64,000 bases of DNA from Schmidtea nova (Eukaryota), in NCBI GenBank assembly GCA_044892505.1, contig CM097882.1, forward strand, positions 454,522,001 through 454,586,000, written 5' to 3'. Below the pieces are notes generated by a model. It did no database searches. It was not told the DNA's origin and worked only from the letters and a program-made list of their open reading frames with translations. Each line of letters opens with the position of its first letter. Positions within the stretch are counted from its first letter, which is position 1. This document shows positions 36,601 to 48,666 of the stretch, in pieces. A program made the translations under genes and the position numbers.

Positions 36601-37872
36601 ATTGACTTCATTTAAACAAAAAATTAAAATTTTAAAAATTCACTTAATTTAAACAAAATTAAAAATTAAAAATTTTTTAGGGGGGGGTCTGTTCATGTTC
36701 TTGGGCGCTCCCCCTACTCTACTCAGAGGATCTGATGAAATATATAGTATGGATGTTATATGAATGTTGTTTTTCATTAATTAAATCTTTGCGATGTTTG
36801 ATTTAGTATATATTAAATAAGTTAATTTTTTTTTGTTTGTTAAACAAGTTAATTATCAGAATTAATTTTTTTTTTGTAAAAATACTGATCAAAAATAATT
36901 ATTTCAGATAAAAAAGTTATCAATTTTAATTCATTAGATTTTTTTAATTATAAAAATTTTAAATATATTTTTATATATTATATTTTTATATATAAAAATT
37001 TTATTAAAAAAACTAAATATTTTTTAAATGAGTTTGGATCAGAGCCTTCTTATTATTGTTATATTTTCTTAAATACCAACAAATATTTTTTAATTAATTA
37101 CTTAATGATACAAATAAATAATAAAATATAATTAAAAACTAACATTTATATTTTGGTTCATATTTTTGAAACTAAAAAGAAAAGAAAAGATTTAAATATA
37201 TAAATTAGTTAAATTATAAAACGAAAAAATTATATAGAATTACCAAATTTGAATGTTGGAAAAAATGATTTTCATTTCAATTGTATGTTTTTATTAAGAG
37301 AATTTGGTGTTCTTGACTTTCTTGACCTTATTATTTGCAAATAATTTTATTTGCATGATAATATATAAAGATTTTAACATAATCAATTCATATTTAAGAG
37401 TAGATTTATTATGATATGTATATTTTTAATATTATTAAATTATATATATTTTAAATAAAAATAATGATATTTTGTGGCATATTTTTATTTGGCATGCATT
37501 ATATAATTATACATAACTTTTTCATTTAAAATTATTTAATATAAATAAAAAAATGAATAGATTTACCAAGGCTGAAAGTAGAGTAGGTACTTCAGAATCG
37601 AACAAGCTATAAATCTTTGCTGGAGGTTCTGTATTTTTCGGCGCATGTTTTTTTTTTTTATTAGAATAGATTTTTGACATTTGCTTATGNNNNNNNNNNN
37701 NNNNNNNNNNNNNNNNNNNNNNNNNNNNNNNNNNNNNNNNNNNNNNNNNNNNNNNNNNNNNNNNNNNNNNNNNNNNNNNNNNNNNNNNNNNNNNNNNNNN
37801 NNNNNNNNNNNNNNNNNNNNNNNNNNNNNNNNNNNNNNNNNNNNNNNTTTGAACTTTTTTTTATTATTATTA

Positions 37873-38037
37873 TCAATAATTCTCATAATGATGACTATAG
37901 ATCAAAATTTTTTTTATAAACAATAACACAATAACTAAATAAATAAATAAATAAACAATAACACACTGTGCCGAAATATTGTGTTATTGGTTATAAAAAA
38001 AATTTTGATCTATAGTCATCATTATGAGAATTATTGA
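37873..38037. repeat. Imperfect palindrome of the 63238-63433 family, flanked by gaps
   Basis: TCAATAATTCTCATAATGATGACTATAGATCAAAATT... and its reverse complement; centre partly deleted. Confidence 0.85.
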
Positions 38038-38180
38038 NNNNNNNNNNNNNNNNNNNNNNNNNNNNNNNNNNNNNNNNNNNNNNNNNNNNNNNNNNNNNNN
38101 NNNNNNNNNNNNNNNNNNNNNNNNNNNNNNNNNNNNNNNNNNNNNNNNNNNNNNNNNNNNNNNNNNNNNNNNNNNNNNNN

Positions 38181-38744
38181 CCAATTCGATTTATTTAATA
38201 TATATTGATTATTAATAGATAATTCAGTTTTTAGTAGACGGGAATCAGGACCAATAATATCGAGAGTTGATCTGTACAAACTCTGTGACTGTCTGTATAG
38301 ATTGATTTCCTGTGCAGATAAATGATGCATTGAAAAAGACTGATTGTGATCCAGAGAATTGATTGATAGCGTTGTGAAGTTAGGCATCTCCGATGGGTCC
38401 GAATTGAGGTTCATGAGAGGTCCCTTAATTGATAAACACATCTCTGTTTGTACAGGTTCTTTTCGCATTTCGACATTTCGACATTTTTGCAATTTAGAGA
38501 ACTGACAATTGCTTCTTCTTTGAATGTCAAATAAACAATAAAAACTTATGCATTCATGGTGTCGAACACTGCATTTGTTGCTATAAACTTTGCAGTCGGG
38601 TTCAGATTTTCGTTTTGACGTTTCGATATTGATATTGTTGTTGTTCAGTAAAAATGAATAATTGTGTAGATCTTGGATAAAATGTTGTGGATTCTCAATC
38701 ATGAAAAATCTGTTGATGTAAATTGAGCTGTTGACTGAAGACAT
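38181..38744 (-). CDS. Orphan coding exon (at least 188 aa, runs into a gap)
   Basis: Long stop-free frame, GC-richer than its flanks; no recognised domain. Confidence 0.5.
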
Positions 38745-38927
38745 CGAATCGTTTGAAGTTGCTTACATTTTGTTTGTGTGATCAGCGTGAATAATAAAAT
38801 GTGAATATTAAAACAACGTCTATTAATATTTTTTTTGCTCCATTTAATAATTACTTAAATTAAATTAATTAATTTAAAAAAAATAAAAGAAATTTATAAA
38901 ATTGAATATTTAATCGAAGGCACTACA

Positions 38928-38983
<56 letters not shown>
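38928..38983. repeat. (ATT)n microsatellite
   Basis: About 18 perfect ATT units. Confidence 0.95.
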
Positions 38984-38984
<1 letters not shown>

Positions 38985-40714
38985 TAAAATTATTCTGAAT
39001 GCATTCGTAATTGATTCAATGTTTTCCTCTAAATTTATCCTTATTTATATTTTAAGAAATAAATTATCTATTTTCTTATAAGGATTTATATCAATTTAAC
39101 TTTGATTGATGTTAATCATCAATGAAAACATAGTAGTACTCAGTAAATAATATTTCTTATGTGATAGTTTTAGAACATCTAAATTTGTGTCATTTTCTAG
39201 TAATACTCATGTATTGAGAGAGTATATACTTGAATTTATCAAGAATCTAATTAGCTTCTTAGTTGTTTTGTTGGTATTAATTGTTATTTATTTGATTAAT
39301 AGTTGAATCTTTAATTATTTGGTATTGATTGATTGATGGATAGTTATTTTGTAACTGGCTATAAATTTGAAAAATAATCAATTCTATATTGAATGAAGTT
39401 ATCTTTTAATTCGAATTTATTACATTTGTTTTCTTATTTAATAAATTTTATTTGATTCTTTTAATTCTTTTATACAATATCAATAACTTTGATCTTTCAT
39501 TGAAAACTTAGTCATTTTGTTATATTTAATAACAAGTAATTGTATAAGTGAAAACCAATTTTGTTTGATTTTGACCATCGAGTGTTGTTTTAATTAGATA
39601 AATAAGGTTTACATGTTTATTATTGGTAATTTAATTAAAAATATATTTAATTATTTAAATGCTAACTAAATAATTTAATTTATTTAAAAATGTACAGACA
39701 TTTATTAGTAAGTGATTAGTTAATTGATAGGTAGTATATACTGAGACCTATGATATTTTGATGACTAATTGAAAATTAGTGATTGTGTAGAACTATTTTT
39801 TAATTTTTGATGGTAAGTTTATGTGTGTAGAGTTAATTGATAGTTGATTAGAAGCAAGTTACTGTGAAGAACTTGTTATTTAATGTGTATAAGTAGTTGG
39901 TTAGCGAGTACTTGATTTGTTTATTAACTGATTTAGAGCTATTAGTTTGCCAGTTCAATACTAAAATATTACCGCCATTTCGCCAACAGAAATTTATTCC
40001 CACATGTATCAAATATATTTTCAATCGGCAAAGGTGTTATGGTTAGAATTTAAACTTTGGATTATAAAAATTATGTGGAAAATATAATTAATGAAATAAA
40101 TACAATAATTAATTAAATAAATTTTGTTTGTATTAATTGTTAGTTTTTGATTGTAAAATTTTTGAAAATGTCTTAAAGTAATAGTATTTTTATTTTTTAT
40201 ATTAATTTATTCTTTAGTTTATTTGTTCGAAGTAAATTTTGCATAAAACTATCTCATTTCAATTATCGTAAAATTAAAGTTAATTTATTACTTAATAAAA
40301 TAATTGAATTAATATTTAGTTGATTATTATTTTTAAAAAATTATACAGATAACCACTTTGTTAAAATAAAATCTTTTATTAAATAAAGTTGTTAAAATTT
40401 AGAATATATTTAAAATACAAATGATTTTTAAACAAATCTTTATTGAAATCATTGCCCATCTTATTTTTAACTTGATAACCAACATGTATAATTATTTTAA
40501 AAATCATTATCAAAACCCCATTAACTAGGTAAACCTTTTAAAATAATAAGAGAACCAACTAATAAAATATTTCTTGATACTTCTTATTAAATTTTCAAAT
40601 TAATTCTCCACTCCGTTAAAAGATATCCTTAGTCAATTCAAAGTTATCACTAACAATTCACCTAAAATCAATAATAATTAATTAAAATATTCATTACAAA
40701 ATATTACTTTAAAT

Positions 40715-41142
40715 CAGGGGTGTCAAGCCTTTTGAAACCTAGTGCCAAATGTAATTTTTTATATGACCTTGCGGGCCAAGGGTGAAATTTGTAAGTGGTG
40801 GACGGCTCGCCAATTCCGAATGCGTTCACCAAGCGTCGTAAGTTACCCCAGCGAGGGCTCGGCCGGAGCCCCAGCCGCCAACAGTTTTTGCAGCTTTTGG
40901 TGTCGAATTGGCCTGTTTCTGTGCTATATGACATTATGTTATTGAACATTTTGCGTAAATAGTTTTTGATTATTTACAATATGTTGATTGCAATGGCGGC
41001 CGCTTGATTGCTGGACTGAAGGCCTGGATGTAATAGTCGTAATTAATGTTAAATTTTTTACAACCTCCGTACAAGACGGAGGGCCAAAAAAGACAAGTCA
41101 ACGGGCCAAATTTGGCCCGTGAGCCAACCTTTGACACCCCTG
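40715..41142. mobile_element. Non-autonomous hAT element (Charlie/Buster-type TIR)
   Basis: 12-bp TIR CAGGGGTGTCAA / TTGACACCCCTG; TSD CTTTAAAT/CTTTAAAA (7 of 8). Confidence 0.85.
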
Positions 41143-41299
41143 CTTTAAAAGAAAAAATAACATTAAGTATATACATTTTGAATAAACTTTGCCATAATTA
41201 AATTCTCACTTAAATTCTCACTGCAATCAAATCTTCATAAAACTCCTTAATTTATAAGTATTTGAAATTAATAGATAAAAGCTTGAAATTTGTTAATTT

Positions 41300-41850
41300 G
41301 TTAAAAATACCTGACCAAAATCCCTCTTCAAAAATCCCAGAGTCCCTTTTTGCCCAAGAAAAATCCTGGCAGTAGAAAATCCTATACAAAATATCAGAAC
41401 TAAAATTCCCTAAAGTCCCTTTCTTGCCTGAAGAAATTGTGAGAGTTGTAAATACTATTAAAAAAATATCAGATAAAAATATCAAATATAAAATACTGAG
41501 AATTAATATCCCTGTTCAAAAGACCCAGAGTCCCTTTTTGCCCTAGAAAGATATGGGAGTAGAAAAAATATCAGACCGAAATTCCCCATACAAAATACTG
41601 AGACCGAAAAATCATATTCAAATATATCAGACCAAATTTTCTCTGTACAAAAAACCAAGAGACCTCTTTTGCCCGAGAAAATTCTGAGAGTAAAAAATAC
41701 TATACAAAACATCATACTAAAATTCCCTGTACAAAAGATAAACCAAATTTCCCTATAGAAAACACCGAGACCGAAAAATCATATTCAAAAATATCAAACC
41801 AAAATTGCCTGTTCAAAATACTAAGATCAAAATACTCTTTAAAAAACAGA
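41300..41850. repeat. Diverged copy of the foldback-arm tandem units
   Basis: Repeated CCAGAGTCCCTTTTTGCCC(T/A)AGAAA and AAAATCCTATACAAAAT motifs in right-arm orientation. Confidence 0.75.
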
Positions 41851-41864
41851 GACCCTTTTACTTT

Positions 41865-42260
41865 TAAGGGGAAATTGTGTCAAAATTCAATTATTAGGAG
41901 AAGACTCTAAAAGAATCGCATAATAACAGCCAGTGCCAGTTTCGTCGAAGCGAAATAATTGTCGGAAACAGTAAAGAAAAAAGGAAAACACATTTGGTAC
42001 TAAAACAAAGAGAGTACAGAACCCAACATTAGCAAATCAAAAGCGTATCAGAAAGGGAACCACACATACTTGGTAGACCTACCCCTATCGCTTGAATAAA
42101 GAAGAGTATGGAGTGTACTAAAGAAAACATAAATTGTATTGATTAATCGTTTGAATTTTGTTGAATTCAATAACATTTATTGTGATGGGTTTCGGTGATT
42201 TTCAATTATATGAGCATGAGGAGTCAGATACGAAACTGACTTAAAACAAATAATCCAACA
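41865..42260 (+). mobile_element. 5'-truncated family Y LTR
   Basis: AAAAGCGTATCAGAAAGGG..GGTAGACCTACCCCTATCGCTT..AATAAC..GAGTCAGA..ATCCAACA, matching 11150-11366. Confidence 0.7.
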
Positions 42261-42299
42261 ATTTCAATTTTGAGGTCGAATCGTAAAACTTGAGAATCC

Positions 42300-42720
42300 A
42301 TTGGGAATCTTTGGTAAATACATTTGGTGTATCCATTTCCTTATTATTATAATGAGATTTATTTGCTGGCGCACAGTTGTTAATGATATAAACTAATTCA
42401 CTAACGAATTTTGACGGCAAAATACATTTTAGTTAGAAAACACAATCACTAAGTTTGACAGACTTGATAGTGGCCTCTCAAGCTTCGGCTTGTACAATTA
42501 TTTAATCTAGAGATTATTCAGAATAAAAGGCTCGTATAAAGGAAGTAATTGATGATGAAAATGCATATAAAAGCCGAGGAGAATGATAAAGTTTGATCAT
42601 AAAGTTTGTCAAATTCAATAAGGTTATTAAAAGAATAAAATCTTTGCTAAAGGATCATGATAGTTTATCTTCGATTAATTTAGTTAAATAATTTTTTAAT
42701 TATCCAGAAAAATTGTAAAG
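42300..42720 (+). pseudogene. Possible decayed Penelope-like RT N-terminal remnant
   Basis: Stop-riddled frame LIVASQASACTII*SRDYSE*KARIKEVIDDENAYK loosely resembles the PLE pattern I.ADK...VI....Y..K...L.D...Y. Confidence 0.3.
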
Positions 42721-43590
42721 AACGTGAATTGTGTATTTGTGATGAGTACAATAAATATGAGCACGAGTAGAGCCAAATTAGCGTACTAATCTTCCAGAAA
42801 ACTTTAGAAACTCAACAAATCCCATATTGGTTTGATTATTAAAACAAAAAACGAAAACACTCTAAATTTATGCTAACACTTTTACCATGTTCTTTAATAT
42901 ATAAATAATTTATAAATTTTTATTTTAAAATCTGTGATCACTGAACCGATAATTCTGAGTGTAATTTCTTGATAAAGAATTTGATAATAATTCAAAAATA
43001 ATAAAAATTTGATTTTTATTTAAATATTTTATTATTATGATTAATATAAAAGATTTAATAATAATTCAAAAATTATTATAATTCAAAAATGATTATAATT
43101 CAAAAATGATNNNNNNNNNNNNNNNNNNNNNNNNNNNNNNNNNNNNNNNNNNNNNNNNNNNNNNNNNNNNNNNNNNNNNNNNNNNNNNNNNNNNNNNNNN
43201 NNNNNNNNNNNNNNNNNNNNNNNNNNNNNNNNNNNNNNNNNNNNNNNNNNNNNNNNNNNNNNNNNNNNNNNNNNNNNNNNNNNNNNNNNNNNNNNNNNNN
43301 NNNNNNNNNNNNTTATAAAGAATTTAATAATAATTTTGAATTGTGTATATTTGTGATGAGTACAATAAATATGAGCACGAGTGGAGCCAAATTAGCGTAC
43401 TAATCTTCCAGAAAATTTTAATAACTCAACAAATCCAATATAGGTAGTCTTGACGCCTTATTGCAACTCTAAATTTAATAATAAAACATCATACCGAATG
43501 TTTATTTGATTATTAAAATAAAATTCAAGAAAACTATATATTTATGTTATGTTTTTACCATGTTTTTTAATATATAAATAATTTATAACA
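42720..43590 (+). repeat. Local direct duplication across a gap
   Basis: 42726-42920 and 43338-43586 share TGATGAGTACAATAAATATGAGCACGAG..CCAAATTAGCGTACTAATCTTCCAG with several differences. Confidence 0.8.
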
Positions 43591-43807
43591 CACGCACTCA
43601 AAATCCTCACACTCCAATATTCACAAACATCAATATGATTAGAAACAACGCTAAATCCCATTAATTGACTATGTTATGAAACTCGACTTCTCTGTATTGC
43701 TCTGTATTCAAGTTTCAGAGCATAGTAAATTACTGGGATTTAGAGTTGTTTCCAACCATATTAATGTTTGTGAATATTGGAGTGTGAGGATTTTGAGTGC
43801 GTGTGTT
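43587..43807. mobile_element. Foldback/MITE-like inverted repeat (about 220 bp)
   Basis: AACACACGCACTCAAAATCCTCACACTCCAATATTCACAAACAT and its exact reverse complement, extending imperfectly to about 75-80 bp arms; no clear TSD. Confidence 0.75.
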
Positions 43808-46289
43808 TGCTTCAATTTTGCAATTTAAGTAAATTAACCGACATGATTGTTGACGATTCTTATTTTTTTCTTTTGATATTTATTTAATTTTTCAAATGTC
43901 ATCGGACTATCTGTCTTTTCTGTATTCAAGTGTTAGAGCATTTTCAAGTGATGATTATGAACTTCGTTTTCAGTCTTACTGTTGTTTATAAATATGAGAA
44001 TATTTATAAAATATTCTTTAAAAATAGATATTTAAAAAAAGGGAAATTAAAATTTTTAAGATTAATTTATTTAAATTAAAAAATAATTTTATCGTTTTTA
44101 ATTTTTTGGCTATTTTAGAAAATTAAAATATACCTTTCTTAAAAGAATTATTATTAATTTGTTAGGAAATCAATTTATTTGATTTATATTGGAATAAAAG
44201 AATGAGTAGCACCTGCTGATGAGAATGAAGTTCTCGAAATATATTGTACAGAATATATATNNNNNNNNNNNNNNNNNNNNNNNNNNNNNNNNNNNNNNNN
44301 NNNNNNNNNNNNNNNNNNNNNNNNNNNNNNNNNNNNNNNNNNNNNNNNNNNNNNNNNNNNNNNNNNNNNNNNNNNNNNNNNNNNNNNNNNNNNNNNNNNN
44401 NNNTTGATTTGTTATAAATATACATTAAGTTAAGATTCTGGGAACTCATTATATTTAATTATATTTCACATCAATAAAAAAAATTTCTAAAACCCAAATT
44501 GTGCGGAATTAATCATAAATAACTTTCGTTTTTATTCAATTATTTCTGTATAATTTATATTAAAAACCGCGACAGCTCAATTAAACACGGATGCGATAAT
44601 AAATTTTTGTAATTAGATACGTAATTACAAAAATTATTTTTTGCATAATATTTGCATTAATTAATTATTCACATAAAAATTAATGATAAAAACAGTCACA
44701 ATAAAACAAATTCCCGTCGACATATGATAAATTATACCAATTCGCGATTGATAGTAGCAATTAATTTCTAGTGTCCCATTATAAAATGGGCTCCGGACCA
44801 AACAGGAAATAAAAATAACTTTGCTTAATTAATTTATCACTATTTTTGCTCAAAACTTTTACGCATTGTAAAGAAATTGGAGTTTCTTCAATAATCCTTT
44901 GAAGATAACCGAATGAACATGTTTTGTAAGAAATCATCTATTAATCACTCTTACATTGCAATAAATTTTTAATAGCTTCTGTGCTAAACACGTAATCGGT
45001 TAATTTAATTAATTAATTAAAAGTTGTTGTCATCATTCAAAAAATTACTTTAAATTTCGATGTGATGAAAAATAAAAATGAAGTGTCAGTGATAAAAATC
45101 TTTATTTTACTTCTAAATGTTTTAGTTATTTTAATAACATTTTATAAAACTTTTAATTTTTGTTGTATTTTACAATCAAAACATTCATAATCCAAAAAAG
45201 CTTTATTATTAAAACAAAGTAGTAACATACGTGCAGCGTCAAATAAGTACTTAGACTTGACAAGAAATAATTACTTTATAAAATAGATATTGCAGGTGAT
45301 AATACTTAAATATACAGAGATAATGAAAAGTGTTTTAGTTTTTCTAAGATATTTTTGTTTGGAAAAGAAATTGTGCTATTTCATTGATACTTCAGAAAAT
45401 GTTGAATTTCGAAGCGTTAAAAAAAGTTTCTACTTTTGAAGAAAACTAGTAGAAAAACTAGTAAGAAATTATTACACAACTGCATGATATTTACATGAGT
45501 GCCCTTGTAAAGTAACCATTTACAGCTGGATTCGTGATCTTAAAAGGGGACGCATTATTGTTTTTTATTTGGAAATGCTTGACAGACTTGTGGGAGTTGA
45601 AAATAAAAAAAAGAAATGCTGGAGAAAATCTTCATGATAGATCATCACTAGTGATTGCAATACCGGACCAAAATTACAATACCGGTATTTGGTATTTTTT
45701 AAAAACGAATACTGGTATACCGATATTAATACCGGTATTAATGACCCCAATTATTTTTCTTCAATACACCAGACAGTTATTAATTTTCAACATCTTTATT
45801 CATATTTGTGATTGCAATACCGGACCAAAATTGCAATACCGACATACCGGTAAACCGAAATACCGGTATTTCATACTATTTTACGTTACCGAAATAACGG
45901 TATTTATAGTGATTAAATACCGGTATTTTCGGTATTTACTAAAGTTAAAAAAATATATAAAAACTTGTTTTAATTAAATAAATTATTGAGAATTAACAAA
46001 AAAAAATTAATGGTAATTTTCCCTTTATGAATGCAGCTTGATGCATTTATCTAGGCAATAAAATAATTAAATCAATATTTACAAGAGTTTTTACTTTATT
46101 AAATATATTCTTGTTTTTATTTTTGAATTTGAAAGTTTAACAAAAGGTTTATCAAGACACAATTATATGGCGGCTAAATAGTAAAAGGTTACTTTAATTT
46201 AAAAAATATATTTATTGCAGACATTGATTATTTACCCATTATGAAAAATAACTTCAATGAACATAAAAAATCAGGAGATAATACATTAG

Positions 46290-48666
46290 TTTGGTATTAC
46301 TTTCTGTCCAATGAAAACGAAATGCTTGCAAAATGCTTGCAAAATGTTCAAATATCATTAAAGTTGCGGGTGGATCTACGAGTGGACTACATACACATTT
46401 AAAAACACATGACATCAATTTATTAAAAAGAAAAGAAATCGACGCAGATTGTACAAGCACAAGTTCAGGCTCATTCGAACAAGTATTTAGTAAACCAAAT
46501 ACATCCAAGATAATAAATTATTTTTTAGGAAAAACGATCAATTAGATCAGTGTTTCTCAAACTTTTGACCCGTGCGTACCCATTGCAAACATTTTCCAAC
46601 TCTGTGTACCCCTTACTAAACATTGTAGGATTTAATATTAAAAAAAACTAATCAGGTATTACTATTTTTAAGATAGGTTATGGTTCGAAAATATATACAA
46701 TCATATACAAATATTGTATAAAAAAACAAATAATAATAAATAATAAAACAAAAAAATAGATATAACACAAACACAATGCTCTCTGTACTCCACAAAAATC
46801 AAAATTATACTGATTTCAATTCGAGATAGGTGGCGTATAGTAACGGTCGTGGCGACCGTTTAATAAATCACGGAATCTATAAAACGTCACTTTATGTATT
46901 TTCACGGAATCTTTAAAACGCCACAGCAAATTTTAGTCAGTCTATAAAAATAATGTTTATATTTGACAAAAAAAACTAGTTACTGGCATCTAGCTAGGGC
47001 GATACATTATGAAAATTCTTTGAATTCTTTTATTTTTATTTTCTTTGGATTTGTACATTTCTGCATAGATTATTTTGTTGACAAAATTATTTTTTTTTGC
47101 GTAGTTCATACGGATCCTTCGCGTACCTCCTGAAGACCCTTCGCGTACTCCAGTTTGAGAAACACTGAATTAGATGAAGTTTTATCTCGTATGACAGCAT
47201 TAGATGGTTTGCCATTCAGTGTATTTTGCACCTCAATATATTTAAAAAAATCATTAATTGCTAGAGGTTTTAAGGATATACCAAAATCCGGTAATAGTAT
47301 TAGGTAATTAGTATTAGTTTCACTTTCGATGAATGGACTAGTGTAAGAAATAGACGATATTTAAATATAAATATACATTCAGAAAAAGGAATTTGGAACA
47401 TAGGAGTTACTCAAGTGTCGGGAAGAATGCCAGCTGAAAAATGCATTGAAGTCATTGATTTAAACCTGAAAGATCACGGATTATTTCTGAATGAGGATAT
47501 CGTCTGCATAACTACTGATGGAGCATCGGTGATGAAAAAAATTGGTAAGTTGGTAAATGCCTTTCGAAATCAGGAGAAGCCGAACACTTTGGAATTGGAA
47601 ACTTCTGACGTTGACGATAGTGACGATGAAGAAGGCAACGACGTTGAAAATATCCTGATTGGACTTGAGATTGGCAAGAATGATGATACATTGCTCTCGT
47701 ATCAAGGATTACTCCCTATAATTCAAAAAATTCGAAAAGTTGTTAAGATATTTAGACGTTCTCCTACAAAAACGATGTTTTGCCAAAATATGTAAGAAAG
47801 AACTTATGCTAATATTAGATTCCAGGACACGCTGGAATAGCTTGCTGATTATGATGGAACAAATTTTGAAGTTTAAAAGTCCAATTCAAAAAGCATTAAT
47901 TGATTTTAGTTCGCCGATTTTTTTTCAGACAACGAGTTTAATGTTATATCAGAGTATATTTGCGTTTTGCTTCCAATTAAGTTAGCTGTAGAGGTGTTGT
48001 GTCGCCAGGATGCAAATTTATTAATGGCAAATGCAACAATTCAGTTTATGTTGGGGACCCTTAAAAAACAAAAAAAACATTATTGTCAGAAAAATTGTAC
48101 AGTGCTTTTAAAAGTCGCACTAATGAAAGGCAAATGGATTTAGAAAATGTTATTAGTTATTTGCACGATCCTAAACAGTTTAAAATTGAGAATAAAAAGA
48201 AAGATAGACGAGACCAATTAACAAAACCTAATTTAGTCAAAATTATTGTCACTCTTATCAAAAGACTTTATGAGACACAAACAAATGAAGAACCTGGAAC
48301 AGATTCTGTTAATTTAAGCAGTGATGATAATATGGAAGATGAAACAGAAGCAATGTCACTAGAAAAAAATTACAGTGCGCTATAAACGAAAAAATAGCAG
48401 TGAAGAGAACTACGCAGATGGTTGAACAAAACGATTTGCTAAAAACCATTAAAAGGGAGGCAGAATTATTTGAAGACGAAAGCGTTAGAGGAAAATATTT
48501 AGAACTATTATATCGTTCCCTTCTTACAATTCCACCAACTAGTGTCGAATCGGAGCGAGCATTTTCCACCGCGGGAAAAATATGTACAAAAATACGCTCG
48601 CGACTCAATGACGAGACAGTTGACGCACTTTGTTTTTTAAGATCGCATTTTAAAAATAATACTTAA
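46290..48666 (+). pseudogene. hAT transposase pseudogene
   Basis: BED-finger-like WYYF..C...STSGLHTHLKTH; DGLPFSVF; TTDGASVM; DSRTRWNSL; PPTSVESERAFSTAG..TKIRSRL; multiple frameshifts. Confidence 0.9.
46548..47167. mobile_element. hAT-type MITE nested in the transposase gene
   Basis: 16-bp TIR CAGTGTTTCTCAAACT / AGTTTGAGAAACACTG; exact 8-bp TSD AATTAGAT. Confidence 0.93.

Larger units (their letters stand above)
25978..36723. mobile_element. 10.7-kb non-autonomous foldback element with Polinton/Maverick-like termini
   Basis: Termini AGTAGAGTAGGGGGAGCGCCCAAG / CTTGGGCGCTCCCCCTACTCTACT; exact 6-bp TSD CAGAGG (25972-25977 / 36724-36729); near-identical inverted arms 25978 to about 30135 and about 33690 to 36723. 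Confidence 0.88.

Noticed and set aside
37577-37587. AGTAGAGTAGG matching the foldback terminus
   Set aside because: Only 11 bp match and the following GGGAGCGCCC arm sequence is missing; likely chance.
45534-45977. 147-aa ORF with repeated YRY/NTG motifs
   Set aside because: It is a read-through of the hAT subterminal AATACCGG repeats.
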